64,000 nucleotides of DNA from Chloroflexia bacterium (GTDB lineage Bacteria > Chloroflexota > Chloroflexia > QHBQ01 > JADMIH01): assembly GCA_036386675.1 (NCBI GenBank), contig DASVVE010000065.1, forward strand, positions 11,408 to 75,407. Reading direction: 5' to 3'. Both the position numbers and the translations under genes were made by a program. The notes under the pieces are model-generated. The model ran no database searches. It had not been told where the DNA came from and worked only from the letters and a program-made list of their open reading frames with translations. Shown here piece after piece: positions 1 to 10,900 of the stretch. Within the stretch, counting starts at the first letter, position 1, and each line of letters opens with the position of its first letter.

Positions 1-2489
1 CCGGCCCGGCGGGTGACGCATGTTCCGGGACGAACAGTGGCGACCCCATCGTGCTATTTGATACGATGGCTAATCGCTGGCTGGCAAGCCAGTTCACCAC
101 GTTCAACGTTCCCTCCGGCCCCACCTACGAGTGCATAGCCATCTCCAAGACCAGCGACCCCACGGGCCAGTACTATCGCTATGCCTACCTGGCCAGCCCC
201 GCCTCAAACCCCACCTACTTTGAAGACTATCCCCATTTCGGGGTGTGGCCCGACGCATATTACATGACCACGAACGAGTTCAACATCAACCCTGTGAACG
301 CGGGTGCGGTCTTTGTGGGAGCGGGCAATTTCGCCTTCGAGAGGGAGAAGATGCTGGCGGGCGACCCGGCGGCTAGGATGATCTACTTCCACCTGGAACC
401 CCCTTACGGAGGCTTCCTGCCTTCTGACATGGACGGTCCCACGCCGCCACCGGCGGGCAGCCCCAACTACTTCATCGCCGTCGATGATGAATTTGGCGCC
501 AACGCGGAGGACTTGCTTTCCATATTCAAGTTCCACGTGGACTGGTCGAACGTCATGAGTTCAACCTTCACCGGCCCTGTCGAGGTGCCCGTGGCGGAAT
601 TCGACCCCGACTTGTGCGCGGGTGCCAGGGAGGCATGCATCCCACAGCCCAACACGGAACAGAAGCTCGAAACGATATCGGACCGGCTGATGTTCAGGCT
701 GGCGTATCGCAACTTCGGCACTCACGAGTCGCTTGTGGTGAACCACACAGTCGATGCCAGCGGCACGGGCCAGGCAGGCGTGCGCTGGTACGAGCTGCGC
801 AGCCCCAACACCACGCCCACCATACACCAGCAGGGCACCTACGCCCCCGACGCAAACCACCGCTGGATGGGCAGCATGGCTATGGACGGCGACGGCAATA
901 TAGCTCTCGGCTACAGCGTATCCAACGCCACCGACCTCTTCCCAAGCATACGCTACACCGGCAGGCTGGCAGGCGATCCGCTAGGCCAGATGTCTCAGGG
1001 TGAGGCCAGCATGTACGAGGGGCTTGGCTCGCAGGTCGATCCTGAGGGCGACCTTGCGCGCTGGGGCGACTATAGCATGATGGGCATCGACCCTGTGGAC
1101 GATTGTACTTTCTGGTACACCCAGGAATACTACCCGACCACCGGCACCTACTGGAACACGCGCATCGGTAAGTTCAGGTTCGCAAGCTGCGGAGGGGGTG
1201 CCATACCCACCGAGACGCCCATACCCGCGCCGAACCCTTGCACCCTGCCGGGCCACATAGTGGAGAGGGACGGACTTGGCGACACAGGATTGGGGAACGT
1301 GGATACCAACCAGGATAAGTACGACATAGAATACATCAGTGTCGCGGAACCCTACACCGGGACCGGACCTAACCACCTGGTGTTCACACTGAAAGTAGCA
1401 AGCCTGGATGGCCCGGAGAACGATCCCGCCGCCAGCCCCAACTCCTACTGGCGCATTGTCTTCACGAAGCCACCGACCACAACACTGGGCTTTGTTGACA
1501 TGCGTACGGACGGAAGCGGGAACGTCACGTTCAAGTATGGCACCGGCACCGGCACGGTGGTGGGTGATGCCGACTTCGGTGAGTACACCCGCGAGGGCAA
1601 CATCCGAATTACCATCGCCACTTCAAAGTTAGGTGTCGCGGTGGGCGATACTCTCAGCGGGATCTACGCCAGGGTATCGAACGGGGCTATCATCATTGAC
1701 AACGCGAACTATCCGGAACCTGACAGGAGCATCACGTATACAATCCGTGGTAACGCTGCTTGCCAGTTCGGTGGCGGCGCGACACCCACACCCATAATCA
1801 CCCCCACGGCGTGCCCCATCCAGTTCGCGGACGTGCCCTCCAGCGGAGAAGGCTCCACCTTCTACACGTGGGTGCGCTGCCTGGCATGCCGACAGATAGT
1901 GGGCGGCTATCCTTGCGGCGGTGCCGGTGAACCTTGCAATGGTAGCAACCAGCCCTACTACAGGCCGGGCGCTAACGTCACGCGGGGGCAGCTATCCAAG
2001 ATCATCGCCAATGCCGCAGGTTTGGTGGAGATACCGGCTCCCGACCAGCAGCAATTCGCGGACGTGGAGCCGGGCGACCCGTTCTACGTGTTCGTGGAGA
2101 GGCTGGCGCAGACAGGTGCCGTGGAGGGTTACCCGTGCGGCGGGCCTAGCGAACCGTGCACCACGCCGAATAGACCTTACTTCCGGCCAAGCAATCCCGC
2201 CACACGCGGGCAGATCTCTAAGATCGTGTCTATAGCGGCGGGCTTCGAGGAAGATATACCCGCCGACCAGGAGACGTTCACCGACGTTCCCTCAGACAGT
2301 CCCTTCTGGGTGTATATAGAACGCCTGGCTGGTAGAGGGATCATCTCAGGGTACGGAAGCGCGGCGCAGTGTCCCACGGGCACGCCCTGCTTCCGCTACA
2401 GCGACTTCACTACGAGGGGGCAGATGGCGAAGATAGCCGCTAACGCCTTCTACCCCAACTGCCAGACACCCGCGAGGGCTGCGCCGTAA
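1..2489 (+). CDS. SLH-domain surface (S-layer-associated) protein, probably 5'-partial: reading frame is open to the window edge and no signal peptide follows the first in-window start
   Basis: Three tandem ~60-aa C-terminal repeats with the SLH pattern (F-x-D-V ... G-Y ... F-R-P ... T-R-G-Q-hydrophobic-K). Large N-terminal domain is uncharacterised. No in-frame stop upstream of position 51. Confidence 0.6.
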   Translation, partial: GPAGDACSGTNSGDPIVLFDTMANRWLASQFTTFNVPSGPTYECIAISKTSDPTGQYYRYAYLASPASNPTYFEDYPHFGVWPDAYYMTTNEFNINPVNAGAVFVGAGNFAFEREKMLAGDPAARMIYFHLEPPYGGFLPSDMDGPTPPPAGSPNYFIAVDDEFGANAEDLLSIFKFHVDWSNVMSSTFTGPVEVPVAEFDPDLCAGAREACIPQPNTEQKLETISDRLMFRLAYRNFGTHESLVVNHTVDASGTGQAGVRWYELRSPNTTPTIHQQGTYAPDANHRWMGSMAMDGDGNIALGYSVSNATDLFPSIRYTGRLAGDPLGQMSQGEASMYEGLGSQVDPEGDLARWGDYSMMGIDPVDDCTFWYTQEYYPTTGTYWNTRIGKFRFASCGGGAIPTETPIPAPNPCTLPGHIVERDGLGDTGLGNVDTNQDKYDIEYISVAEPYTGTGPNHLVFTLKVASLDGPENDPAASPNSYWRIVFTKPPTTTLGFVDMRTDGSGNVTFKYGTGTGTVVGDADFGEYTREGNIRITIATSKLGVAVGDTLSGIYARVSNGAIIIDNANYPEPDRSITYTIRGNAACQFGGGATPTPIITPTACPIQFADVPSSGEGSTFYTWVRCLACRQIVGGYPCGGAGEPCNGSNQPYYRPGANVTRGQLSKIIANAAGLVEIPAPDQQQFADVEPGDPFYVFVERLAQTGAVEGYPCGGPSEPCTTPNRPYFRPSNPATRGQISKIVSIAAGFEEDIPADQETFTDVPSDSPFWVYIERLAGRGIISGYGSAAQCPTGTPCFRYSDFTTRGQMAKIAANAFYPNCQTPARAAP

Positions 2490-2503
2490 CTCTAAGTGTC
2501 ACC

Positions 2504-2545
2504 ATACGACCTAGAAAGGGCCTCCATCAGCGGGGGCCTTTTTTT
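2504..2545. terminator. Putative bidirectional rho-independent terminator between convergent genes
   Basis: AAAGGGCC ... GGGGGCC stem (8 bp, one mismatch) followed by a T7 run; lies between the stop at 2489 (+) and the stop at 2568 (-). Confidence 0.5.
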
Positions 2546-2567
2546 CTTCTATACACACTCTTGGGTT

Positions 2568-3578
2568 CTACAGATACCGCTGGAAGAAGCTGTTGACGCG
2601 CTGCTTGTACTCGTCGGGGGCGAGGACCGGTGCGTAGGCGTGGCCGCACTCCGGCACTACCCATAGCTCCTTCGGCCCCGTGGCCGCTTCGTAGAGGCGC
2701 TGAGCCGAGTGGGGGTCGGTGAGAGAGTCGCAGTCGCCGTGGATGACGAGGAGGGCACGGTCGCCTAGACGGGCTGCGGCTTCATCGGGGCGCACCTCCC
2801 CCGACTTCATCCCCAGCATTGTCTCGGCGCTCCGCACGATGAGGGGCGCTAGAAAGAGGGCGCGCGGGCTGATGAAGGCGCTTATGCCCGGCCGCACCAT
2901 CCCGAACAGGTCGGCATACGAGGAGTCGGCCACCACCGCCTTGATGCCGGGGTCCTCCGCCGCCGCGAGCAAAGTAGCGGCCGCACCCATCGACACGCCA
3001 AGCGCGCCTATACGTGCCGGGTCTACGTCTTCGCGGGTGCGCAGGTAGTTGGCCGCGTCCATCGCCTGCCAGCGCTCCTTGTAGCCGAACGTCACAGGCT
3101 CGCCTTTACGCAGGCCGCTACCCGACATGTCGAACAGGAAGGTGGCAAAGCCCCCCTCGTGTATCGACTTAGAGTAGCCCGCCATCTGCTCCTTGAAGCC
3201 GCCGTAGCCATAAGCCAGCATCACCACCGGCCAGGGCTTCGCCACCTCCGGCGGAGCAGGGACGAACCAGCCGCCCAGTGGCTTACCATCGCGCCCTTCA
3301 AAGACGACGTACTCCGGCCGCACGGGCAGAGCCATCTCCAGGTTGCCCAACGTCGCCCGGTAGTACTCATCGGACCAATTCGGGTAGATAATGCGCCGCG
3401 CCGCCAGTATGGGAAGGCCCCCGAACACCAACCCCGCAAGCCCGACTCCCGCTAGCGCGGCACCCCTTGCCAGGCGGCCCGGCAACAGACTACCCTGCCC
3501 AGCCGGCCATTCGATGCGTGCCGTTACATGGTCTAATCGCTCGTGGGATATCTCTGCTCTGTCCAGCGCCACTTCCAT
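2568..3578 (-). CDS. Membrane-anchored alpha/beta-hydrolase (dienelactone hydrolase / S9 peptidase-like)
   Basis: N-terminal TM helix; GVSMG nucleophile elbow (GxSxG); later HGDCD and CGHAY motifs consistent with a Ser-Asp-His triad. Confidence 0.65.
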   Translation of the reverse strand: MEVALDRAEISHERLDHVTARIEWPAGQGSLLPGRLARGAALAGVGLAGLVFGGLPILAARRIIYPNWSDEYYRATLGNLEMALPVRPEYVVFEGRDGKPLGGWFVPAPPEVAKPWPVVMLAYGYGGFKEQMAGYSKSIHEGGFATFLFDMSGSGLRKGEPVTFGYKERWQAMDAANYLRTREDVDPARIGALGVSMGAAATLLAAAEDPGIKAVVADSSYADLFGMVRPGISAFISPRALFLAPLIVRSAETMLGMKSGEVRPDEAAARLGDRALLVIHGDCDSLTDPHSAQRLYEAATGPKELWVVPECGHAYAPVLAPDEYKQRVNSFFQRYL

Positions 3579-3904
3579 CCAGTTGCTCCAGTTTCTTTGC
3601 CAAACACGCCTCTCATAGTCCTACGTACTGCACATACCCAACAGATGTATCTATCCAGGATTATAGAGCGTGCCTACCAACCCCGTCAACGCTCACTGAG
3701 ACGGTGCGGGTTGGGCCACCCACTCGTTCAACGGTGTCAATCTATGCACCAGGCCCCAGCCGGGCACCGGGAGAGGGTCAGGAACGAACCGGGTGGGGGT
3801 CCACTTAAAGCAAAACGCCCATCCGCAAAAGGGCCGGGCGTCGTAAGAGAAGCGAATGCGGCTGCTATCCGAACAAATCCTATGTAGAACCGCGACAGTC
3901 CGAA

Positions 3905-4564
3905 TCAAGCGCGCTGCGCGGGCTGGGTGATCAATCCCCGCTGTATTGCGTACACGGCGGCATGCGTGCGGTCGTTGGTATGCAGTTTCTGGAAGATGGA
4001 GGTTATGTAGTTCTTGATCGTCTTCTCGGAAAGGAAGAGTTTCTCCCCTATCTCGCGGTTGCTGGCACCCTTCGCGATCAAGGTTAGTATTTCCAGCTCG
4101 CGGTCGGTCAGCCCTTCCGGGTTGTGCTTCTGGGCCTGCTGCGAAAGTTGCTTGAACTGCTCGAAGACTTTGCCCGTCATCGCGGAGTCGAGCACGGAGC
4201 TACCGGCTGCCACGCTGCGTAACGCCCTCATCACGTCCAGGCTGTCGGCATCCTTGAGCATGTACCCACGCGCCCCCGCATTTATCGCCTGGAACACGTG
4301 CTCGTCCTCGCGGAACATCGTCAAAATGATTATTGCCTGGTCGGGGCGCTTCATCAAGATCTGGCGGGTTGCTTCCACGCCGTCAGCGCCGGGCATATTG
4401 ATATCCATCAGGATGATGTCCGGGTCCAGCCGTTCGGCCAGTTCCTGTACTTCGAGACCATCTCGCGCTTCGCCAACCACCTTGATGTCGGCCTCCATCT
4501 CGAACAACATGCGCAGGCCCTGTCGGAACATCTTGTGGTCGTCGGCTATTAGCACTTCTATCAT
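3905..4564 (-). CDS. NarL/FixJ-family two-component response regulator (REC + LuxR HTH)
   Basis: DDH...D receiver motifs (LIADDHKMFRQGL, ILMDINMPGADG); C-terminal LTDRELEILTLIAKGASNREIGEKLFLSEKTIKNY LuxR helix-turn-helix. Confidence 0.9.
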   Translation of the reverse strand: MIEVLIADDHKMFRQGLRMLFEMEADIKVVGEARDGLEVQELAERLDPDIILMDINMPGADGVEATRQILMKRPDQAIIILTMFREDEHVFQAINAGARGYMLKDADSLDVMRALRSVAAGSSVLDSAMTGKVFEQFKQLSQQAQKHNPEGLTDRELEILTLIAKGASNREIGEKLFLSEKTIKNYITSIFQKLHTNDRTHAAVYAIQRGLITQPAQRA

Positions 4565-4701
4565 GGTTTCCTTCTTCCACCAGGCCCAACATCGCAGGCT
4601 TTGGTCTACTGCACATCGACATTAGACAATTAGCACTTAACCCGGTTCCATGTTACACCAGCGTGAGGTCAAGTGCAACAAGCAACAGGTCCAGGCGTAT
4701 C

Positions 4702-6315
4702 TTAGAACCACATCTCAGACTGCTGCTCGTGTGCGTCTCCATACCAGGGCAACTGTGCCGAGCTTGCACCAGGACCTTGCAAATCCACTGTGCTCTCTCG
4801 CACCGCTTTAATCGCGGCGATAAGCATCTCTGCGGGCGCTCCACGTGGTATGTAGACGCGTCTGGCCCGCACGGGACGTCCAGGCTCCCACAGGCCCTGC
4901 GGACCAAGCTCGCTCGCATGCGCCGGGTCGTCAAGATCCTCGTCAGCTACCAGCACCACGGACGGCACAGCGGGAAGCTCCCCGCTAAATCCCTCTTGCT
5001 CGGCAAGCAAAGTGTCGCCAGGCCGCAGCTCACGGGATGTGCGCGTCCCTACGACGAGATCGCTGGCTACTACAGCCACATCAACGCCACCGCCTCCCAG
5101 TACCCTTCTGTAAGCTCCCGGCGAGTCCACCGCACCGACCACCTGCACGTCCTCGCGGTGGTCAAGGTAACGCACGAGCACCTGGCGAAACAGCTTGAAG
5201 GGGTCGGCCACGAGCACCTTCACGCGGTCGGCATCCTTGGAACGCCCAAATCCCCAGTCGCCCCCCGGTTGGAGTACGGCCAGCAGACTCCGAAGGTCTA
5301 GAGGGGGGCGCACGGAGGGGGCCTGGCACTCCGCCGGATCGACCCACAGGACAGGGCCTTCCACGGTCTCCAGGACTCCGGCAGGTAGTTTATGGGCGGA
5401 CCGGCAGTCAACTACTGTCAGATCAACGGCTCCAGCTGGCGCAGTGACGTCCAACCCGGACCGCAATTCCGGCGGACATGCACCCGCCCAGTCAACAGGC
5501 CACGGTTCAAGCTCCCAACCCCAGGGGTGGGCGGCGAACCAAAGCTCTCGGAACAGCGCCGGGTCATCCGACACCACTCGCATCGTGCGACGCGGTACGA
5601 ACGTCTCGAGGCCCTCCTCAATGAGGGGCTTGAGGACAGCGACAAGGCCAGGGTCGAACTGCGTGCCTGTACCCCTATCTATCTCGGCAATGATCTCTGC
5701 CGTTGATAGTGCAGGACGGTAGGGGCGGTCGCTGGACATGGCGTCATAGGCGTCCGCAAGGCTGAGGACCCGCGCGCCCAGGGGTATGGCGTCGCCCTGG
5801 AGGCCCATCGGGTAACCCGCCCCGTTGTACCATTCGTGGTGCGATTGGGCCACGCGGGCCACGCTCAAGGGTAGCGCGTGGGCCTTCAGCATCTGCCCTG
5901 ACACCATCGAGTGCTTGGTGATCGCATACCATTCGTCGCGGTCCAACGGGCTAGACTTGTCCAGTATCGCATTCGGCACCACCAGTTTTCCCACGTCGTG
6001 CAGCATCGCCCCGCATTGCAATGTCATCATGGCTTCCGCATCAAGACCGAGCCGCCTGCCAAAAGCCACTGCGTAGCGGGCCACACGCCCGAGGTGCCTC
6101 CATGTCCAGTCGGACCGCGCCTGCAACGTAAGCACGACCTCTACCATCGGCTCTAACAGCCAGCGGCCGTCGATTTGGTTTCTGGGTGGTTCCGGTATGG
6201 GGTCCATCATATTCGTACCAATCTCGCGCAAAAGCGCTGTGGGAGGTATGTGCCGAACATCGGGAGCGAGGTCCTTTCGGCATGACAGGATTGTAACCGA
6301 GGCAGCTAGCGGCAA
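4702..6315 (-). CDS. HD-GYP phosphodiesterase with a C-terminal degenerate receiver-like domain
   Basis: HDVGK ... HHEWYNGAGYP (HD and GYP motifs) in the N-terminal half. The C-terminal approximately 200 aa resemble a NarL-type REC (VKVLVADPFKLFRQVL...VQVVGAVDSPG) with the acidic pocket degraded. Confidence 0.75.
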   Translation of the reverse strand: MPLAASVTILSCRKDLAPDVRHIPPTALLREIGTNMMDPIPEPPRNQIDGRWLLEPMVEVVLTLQARSDWTWRHLGRVARYAVAFGRRLGLDAEAMMTLQCGAMLHDVGKLVVPNAILDKSSPLDRDEWYAITKHSMVSGQMLKAHALPLSVARVAQSHHEWYNGAGYPMGLQGDAIPLGARVLSLADAYDAMSSDRPYRPALSTAEIIAEIDRGTGTQFDPGLVAVLKPLIEEGLETFVPRRTMRVVSDDPALFRELWFAAHPWGWELEPWPVDWAGACPPELRSGLDVTAPAGAVDLTVVDCRSAHKLPAGVLETVEGPVLWVDPAECQAPSVRPPLDLRSLLAVLQPGGDWGFGRSKDADRVKVLVADPFKLFRQVLVRYLDHREDVQVVGAVDSPGAYRRVLGGGGVDVAVVASDLVVGTRTSRELRPGDTLLAEQEGFSGELPAVPSVVLVADEDLDDPAHASELGPQGLWEPGRPVRARRVYIPRGAPAEMLIAAIKAVRESTVDLQGPGASSAQLPWYGDAHEQQSEMWF

Positions 6316-6430
6316 AAAGAAACCATGGTCCCGAATATAGGCAGGACTGGTCCCAAGAATGCCGGGACCCCTCGTGAGATGGCTTGTGATGAACTGTTGT
6401 GGCCCTGGAGTGCGCGTTAGTTCGAGGGAG

Positions 6431-7993
6431 TCAGCCCGGCAAAACCTGGTGGCTGCCAGGGCGGCGGCAGAATCTTCTCAGCGCCTCAAGGTCGGAGCTT
6501 TGAAAATGGCCGGCGCCAAGCAAGGTCTCGTGAGCGGCGGCATCTACTATCATGGCAACCGGCGTATCCATGCCTTCCATTTGAACACGGGACAGCGCAC
6601 CCTGGAAGGCTAGCACAGCATCGGCATGGCGAATCAGAGCGCCCAACTCGGGCGCGCCGGGGGCGAGTATATGGTGTACGTAGCCATCTGCCACGCTCCA
6701 TGTATGTGCTGCCCCTGCTTCTGGTGTGGCTACGGCGACCAGGTAATCGGTAGCAAGGGCGCTCGCAACACGCGCCGCCTCGGTGTCGGAGGGACCAGAG
6801 GGGCCAGCCACGACTAGCACCCGATTGGGCAGCGCTTCAGCGGTGAGATCGTACAGGTTCAGCGCGGCGGCTATCTGGCGCGAGGTTTCGGCGTACTCAC
6901 TCCCGGCGAACTGAGGCTCCCACAAGCGGCCCAGCAGCGGGAGTATCTCCCGGTCGGACCTCACTCGTGCCGCCTGGATACGATGCCGCTCCTCCATGAG
7001 CCGAGGCAGAAGCGAATTGAAGCGGTCAATCGCCGCCAGGTGAGCGACGCTGACCCGAGGCAGACTTTCCACGTTGGCCGGGTTGTTGTCCTTCGGGCCG
7101 CCGAGGTTGTAGTCCTTCCGGTCGAAAGCGTCACCCGCGGCGAGTAATGCGCGCTTGTAGAGCAGCAATAGCGCCCCGGATAGCAGTCGCTCCATGTTAC
7201 CCGACTCGTAGTTCTTGAGGACCGTAGCGAGGGAGTTGCATTCCCACAGGGTGTAGCGGCGGTGAGCGGGCTGCCGAGTGCCTGTCGCGCCGCCTATGTG
7301 CCGGACCAGCGCGTCAGGCGCATACACCACCCTGTATCCGAGCACCCACAGCCTCCAACCCAGATCGACGTCCTCAAAGTAGGCGAAGAAGCTGGGGTCG
7401 AAGCCTCCAACGTCGAGGAAAGTTCGCCTGTGTATGAGCATCGCCCCGCCTGAGGCGAAAAGCAATGGGCTGCCCTTACCTGGCGGCTGGGGAGCGTCCG
7501 GCCAGCCCCAGACCGACCTGGGCCGCCCCACACCGAACAGGTTCGACGATGCCCCGTTGAACTCGATCTCCTTGCCGTCCCGCGACATTATCCGGGAAGC
7601 CACGCACACGGTTCCCGGCTCGGCTTCATCCAGCGCCTCAAACATCCGGTTGAGCCACTGCGGGTCGGACATGGCGTCGTCGTTGAGGAAGGCCACGTAG
7701 TCGCCGCTCGAGTCGGCAGCGCCCCGGTTGCAGGCGGCGGCGAACCCGGTGTTCTGCTCCAGGCGCACGCAACGCACACCCAGTTCCGGCGCGTGCACGG
7801 CTCTATACGTGCCGTCGCCGGAGCCGTTGTCCACCACCGTGACCTCAAGCCTGTCCACCGGGTAATCAAGCGCGCGCACCGACCGGAGGCACTCGCGCAA
7901 CAGGGCTAGATTGTTGTACGTGGGGATGACCACCGACACGCTTCGTGCCCCTGGCTGGGTGCCGGTGTTTACGGCTGTGGGATTAGCGTTCAC
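6431..7993 (-). CDS. Family 2 glycosyltransferase (GT-A) with an approximately 220-aa C-terminal extension
   Basis: VSVVIPTYNNLALL...VVDNGSGDGT and DxD-type motifs typical of GT2. Overlaps the upstream GT gene by 11 nt, so likely operonic. Confidence 0.85.
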   Translation of the reverse strand: MNANPTAVNTGTQPGARSVSVVIPTYNNLALLRECLRSVRALDYPVDRLEVTVVDNGSGDGTYRAVHAPELGVRCVRLEQNTGFAAACNRGAADSSGDYVAFLNDDAMSDPQWLNRMFEALDEAEPGTVCVASRIMSRDGKEIEFNGASSNLFGVGRPRSVWGWPDAPQPPGKGSPLLFASGGAMLIHRRTFLDVGGFDPSFFAYFEDVDLGWRLWVLGYRVVYAPDALVRHIGGATGTRQPAHRRYTLWECNSLATVLKNYESGNMERLLSGALLLLYKRALLAAGDAFDRKDYNLGGPKDNNPANVESLPRVSVAHLAAIDRFNSLLPRLMEERHRIQAARVRSDREILPLLGRLWEPQFAGSEYAETSRQIAAALNLYDLTAEALPNRVLVVAGPSGPSDTEAARVASALATDYLVAVATPEAGAAHTWSVADGYVHHILAPGAPELGALIRHADAVLAFQGALSRVQMEGMDTPVAMIVDAAAHETLLGAGHFQSSDLEALRRFCRRPGSHQVLPG

Positions 7994-10900
7994 CGGTGAC
8001 TCCGTTGTACTCCAGGCTCATGACGAGATAGCCGGAAGCGGGAATACCGTCATCGTAGCGCTGTGCCCGCAGGTCGCCCGACCGCGCGCTGCCTCTCAAG
8101 CTTATGGCGTCACCGGGCACCCCATCAGGCGACTCCGCCACGAAGTAGAAGGCGCGTCCCGCCGAGTCCGGGATGGGCGGGAAGCGGAGGGCGAGCAGTT
8201 GGCCTTGCGTCAGGTTGTGGGTGGGTATCTCTATGTGGAACAGGTCAACGGAGGCACCGGGGTTGTCCCGCAGGCGCAGGAATAGACGCGAGGTGTTGCG
8301 CCTCCCGAACGTCTCCACCTGTACCCTGACCCCCGACAGGCCGGTCTCCGCCACGTAAAACCGCTGCCCCAGGCTGTGCCCGGCGACAAGCTCGGGGAGT
8401 TGCACCTGCCCGGCCAGCGGCGCGCTGACGGCCCCCTTTACGCTCCTCAAAACCTCATTTGCCCTTGCCCTCACTTGCGCGGGGACGGTGCGCCGCCGGT
8501 CGTGCACGGTCTGGAGCTTGCGGGCGGCCTGCGGTTGGGAAGGCACCAAACCGTCGACATGAGGTGCTATGCCCCCGGCGGTGACGTAGCGGCTTGGGTC
8601 TCTGAGTGTGCTGTGTTCGTCCCGGCGCGCAGTGCGGCTCATGCGGGCGCTGCGAATGTAGGGGTCGCGCACGAAGCGGTCGAGTGCGTCCACAGTGAGG
8701 TCCCAGGTAAACCGCTCCCTCGCCAGGCGGGCCGCATTTTCGCCCCGTCTGCGCGCCTCTGACGGGTCGGCCAGGATGCTGGCAACTATGGCACGTAGCC
8801 CATCGGGATCGTCGTGCCGCACGATCCAACCCGCCTCGTGCTCGCGTATCACACCGGCCACCTCGCTGAAGGCGGCATGGATGACAGGCAGACCGCACCA
8901 GAGGTAGTGCACCGTGCGGCTGGGGAAGGCCAACTGGCGCTCGGCGTTGGGCTGCATCACGTCCACCGCCACATGCGCGAGGGTATATCGCTCCACCAGC
9001 GCATCGTGCGGCAGCAGGCCCGACATGCTCACGCTCGGCATAGTTGCGAGTTGGTCCACCAGCGGTCCAAAGCCGCCCGTATGCACCGCGTGGAAGGGGT
9101 GCTTGCCACCTATCACCTCAAGCCGCCCGCGCCCCTGCTCCTGTAATTCGGAGGCGACGGCAAGCAGCGCGGGTGCCGGGTTCTGCCAGGGCAGGAAAAT
9201 GCCCCCGTAGACGAAGCGCACCTCCTGGCCCCCCCAGTCCTGCGGCCAGACGTGTTGAGGTTGTTCGGGGTCGAGGGAATAGGGGATGACCTGAAGGGAG
9301 TTGCCTATATCGTCCGGGTGAACGCCCGCCTGCGCGAGCCACGCGGTGAAGTAGTATCGCTGACGCTCGCTGATGCAGGTGAAAAAGTCGGCACGTTCCA
9401 GGGCCACCAGTTTCTCCTCCGCATTAGCTCGTGCATCAAGGTGCTCCTGGTAGATACGCTCCAGCAGGTGCGGCCCCGTGAGGTCGAGGGCCACGGGCAG
9501 GTTGGCGCGCGGCAGCCAGGTCAGGTTCGGCCAGCCGCACGACACGATCACCTCCGGCGCGAGCGTGTCCACCATGCTTTGCAGCGTCTCCGGCGTCCAT
9601 GCCCCACGTACGTATTCGAGCGGCACCTGGCTCTCACGCCCCTGTATTGCAGCCTTCGGCATTGTGAAACGCACCTTATGCCCCCGGCTCTCCAGCCCCT
9701 TGCCCAGCGCCCACGCCCGGATGCCGGAGCCGCTGGCGGGGATATCGCCCACCGGCAGCACGTCCGGGCTTATAAGCAGCACGTCCTTGGGTTGGCCGTC
9801 CCAAAGTTGCTCTATACCGAACTCATGCAGCACCGCATGGTGCGCCGCCGAGTACGGGGCATCGGTCTCGTGGTTCAGCAGGTGCACTCGCCCCGGCTGG
9901 CCGAACCGGGCAAAAAGCTCTTCATCGGTGCGCTTGCGATTGGCCTGTAGCCACTCCCGCTTGGGCGTCATCTTCTCAATAGTGGCGCGGAACTCGTCGG
10001 CGGCAAGAAGGGTGGCTATGCCGTTGCGATGGACGTGGTCAGTACCCGCCTCCACGGACTGAGTAGGGCGGGCCTGGGTGAAGTCGTAGTCACCCAGTTG
10101 CACGCCGCCCAGTTCCATGAAGCGCACGACACGCTGGCCCAGGAGCAGGAGCGCGGCCGGGAGGATTTTATCGAGGTTCGACTGCTCGTAGTTCTTGTAA
10201 ATCGTGTAGAGGGCATTGCGCTCGTAGATCACCTGCCAGCGGTGATTACCGACGTCGGTGGCGGTGCCGTGATGGCGGTGGTAGGTGATGGCGGTCGGTG
10301 TGAGCGTGATACGATGGCCCAGCAGCCACAGCCGCCAGCCCAGGTCAACGTCCTCGAAGAAGGCGAAGTAGTCCGGGTCGAAGCCGCCCGCGTGCAAGAA
10401 GACCTCGCGCCTGATGAGCATCGAGCCGCCGCACGCGAAGAGTAGCTCCCGCGCTTCGGGGTGGACGGCATCTACGGGCAGGCCATAGGAAGGCTGGAAC
10501 CCGAAGCCGTGGAAGTTGACCGAGCCTGAGTAGAAGTCAATCTTCTTGCCCGCCCAGTCGAGCATGAGAGAGGAGGTACACACCACGCCCTGCGCTGCCC
10601 CGGCAAGGAGACTGTTTACCAGTTCGGTGAGCCAGTACGGCTCCACGCGGGTGTCGTTATTAAGAAAGGCGACGTATTCACCTGACGCCCGTTCAGCCCC
10701 GTAGTTATTCCCCGCCGCGAAGCCGAGGTTCGACCCGGTCTCCACTAACCGCACCGTGGGGAAGCGCTCCCGCATGAACTCCAACGACCCGTCCGCAGAC
10801 CCGTTATCGACCAGCAGCAACTCCAGCCGGTCCTTAGGGTAGTCGAGCGACAGCAGCGACGTGAAGCAGGTCTCCAGGTGCCGCAGGCCATTGTAGTTGA

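Noticed and set aside
3580-3900. Possible terminator hairpin near 3823-3852 downstream of the response-regulator gene
   Set aside because: Only a 6-bp stem with a 15-nt loop and no convincing U-tract; too weak to call.
9252-10062. Several 190-230-aa + strand ORFs inside the fusion glycosyltransferase gene
   Set aside because: Antisense or off-frame shadows of the 1028-aa gene, with no independent support.
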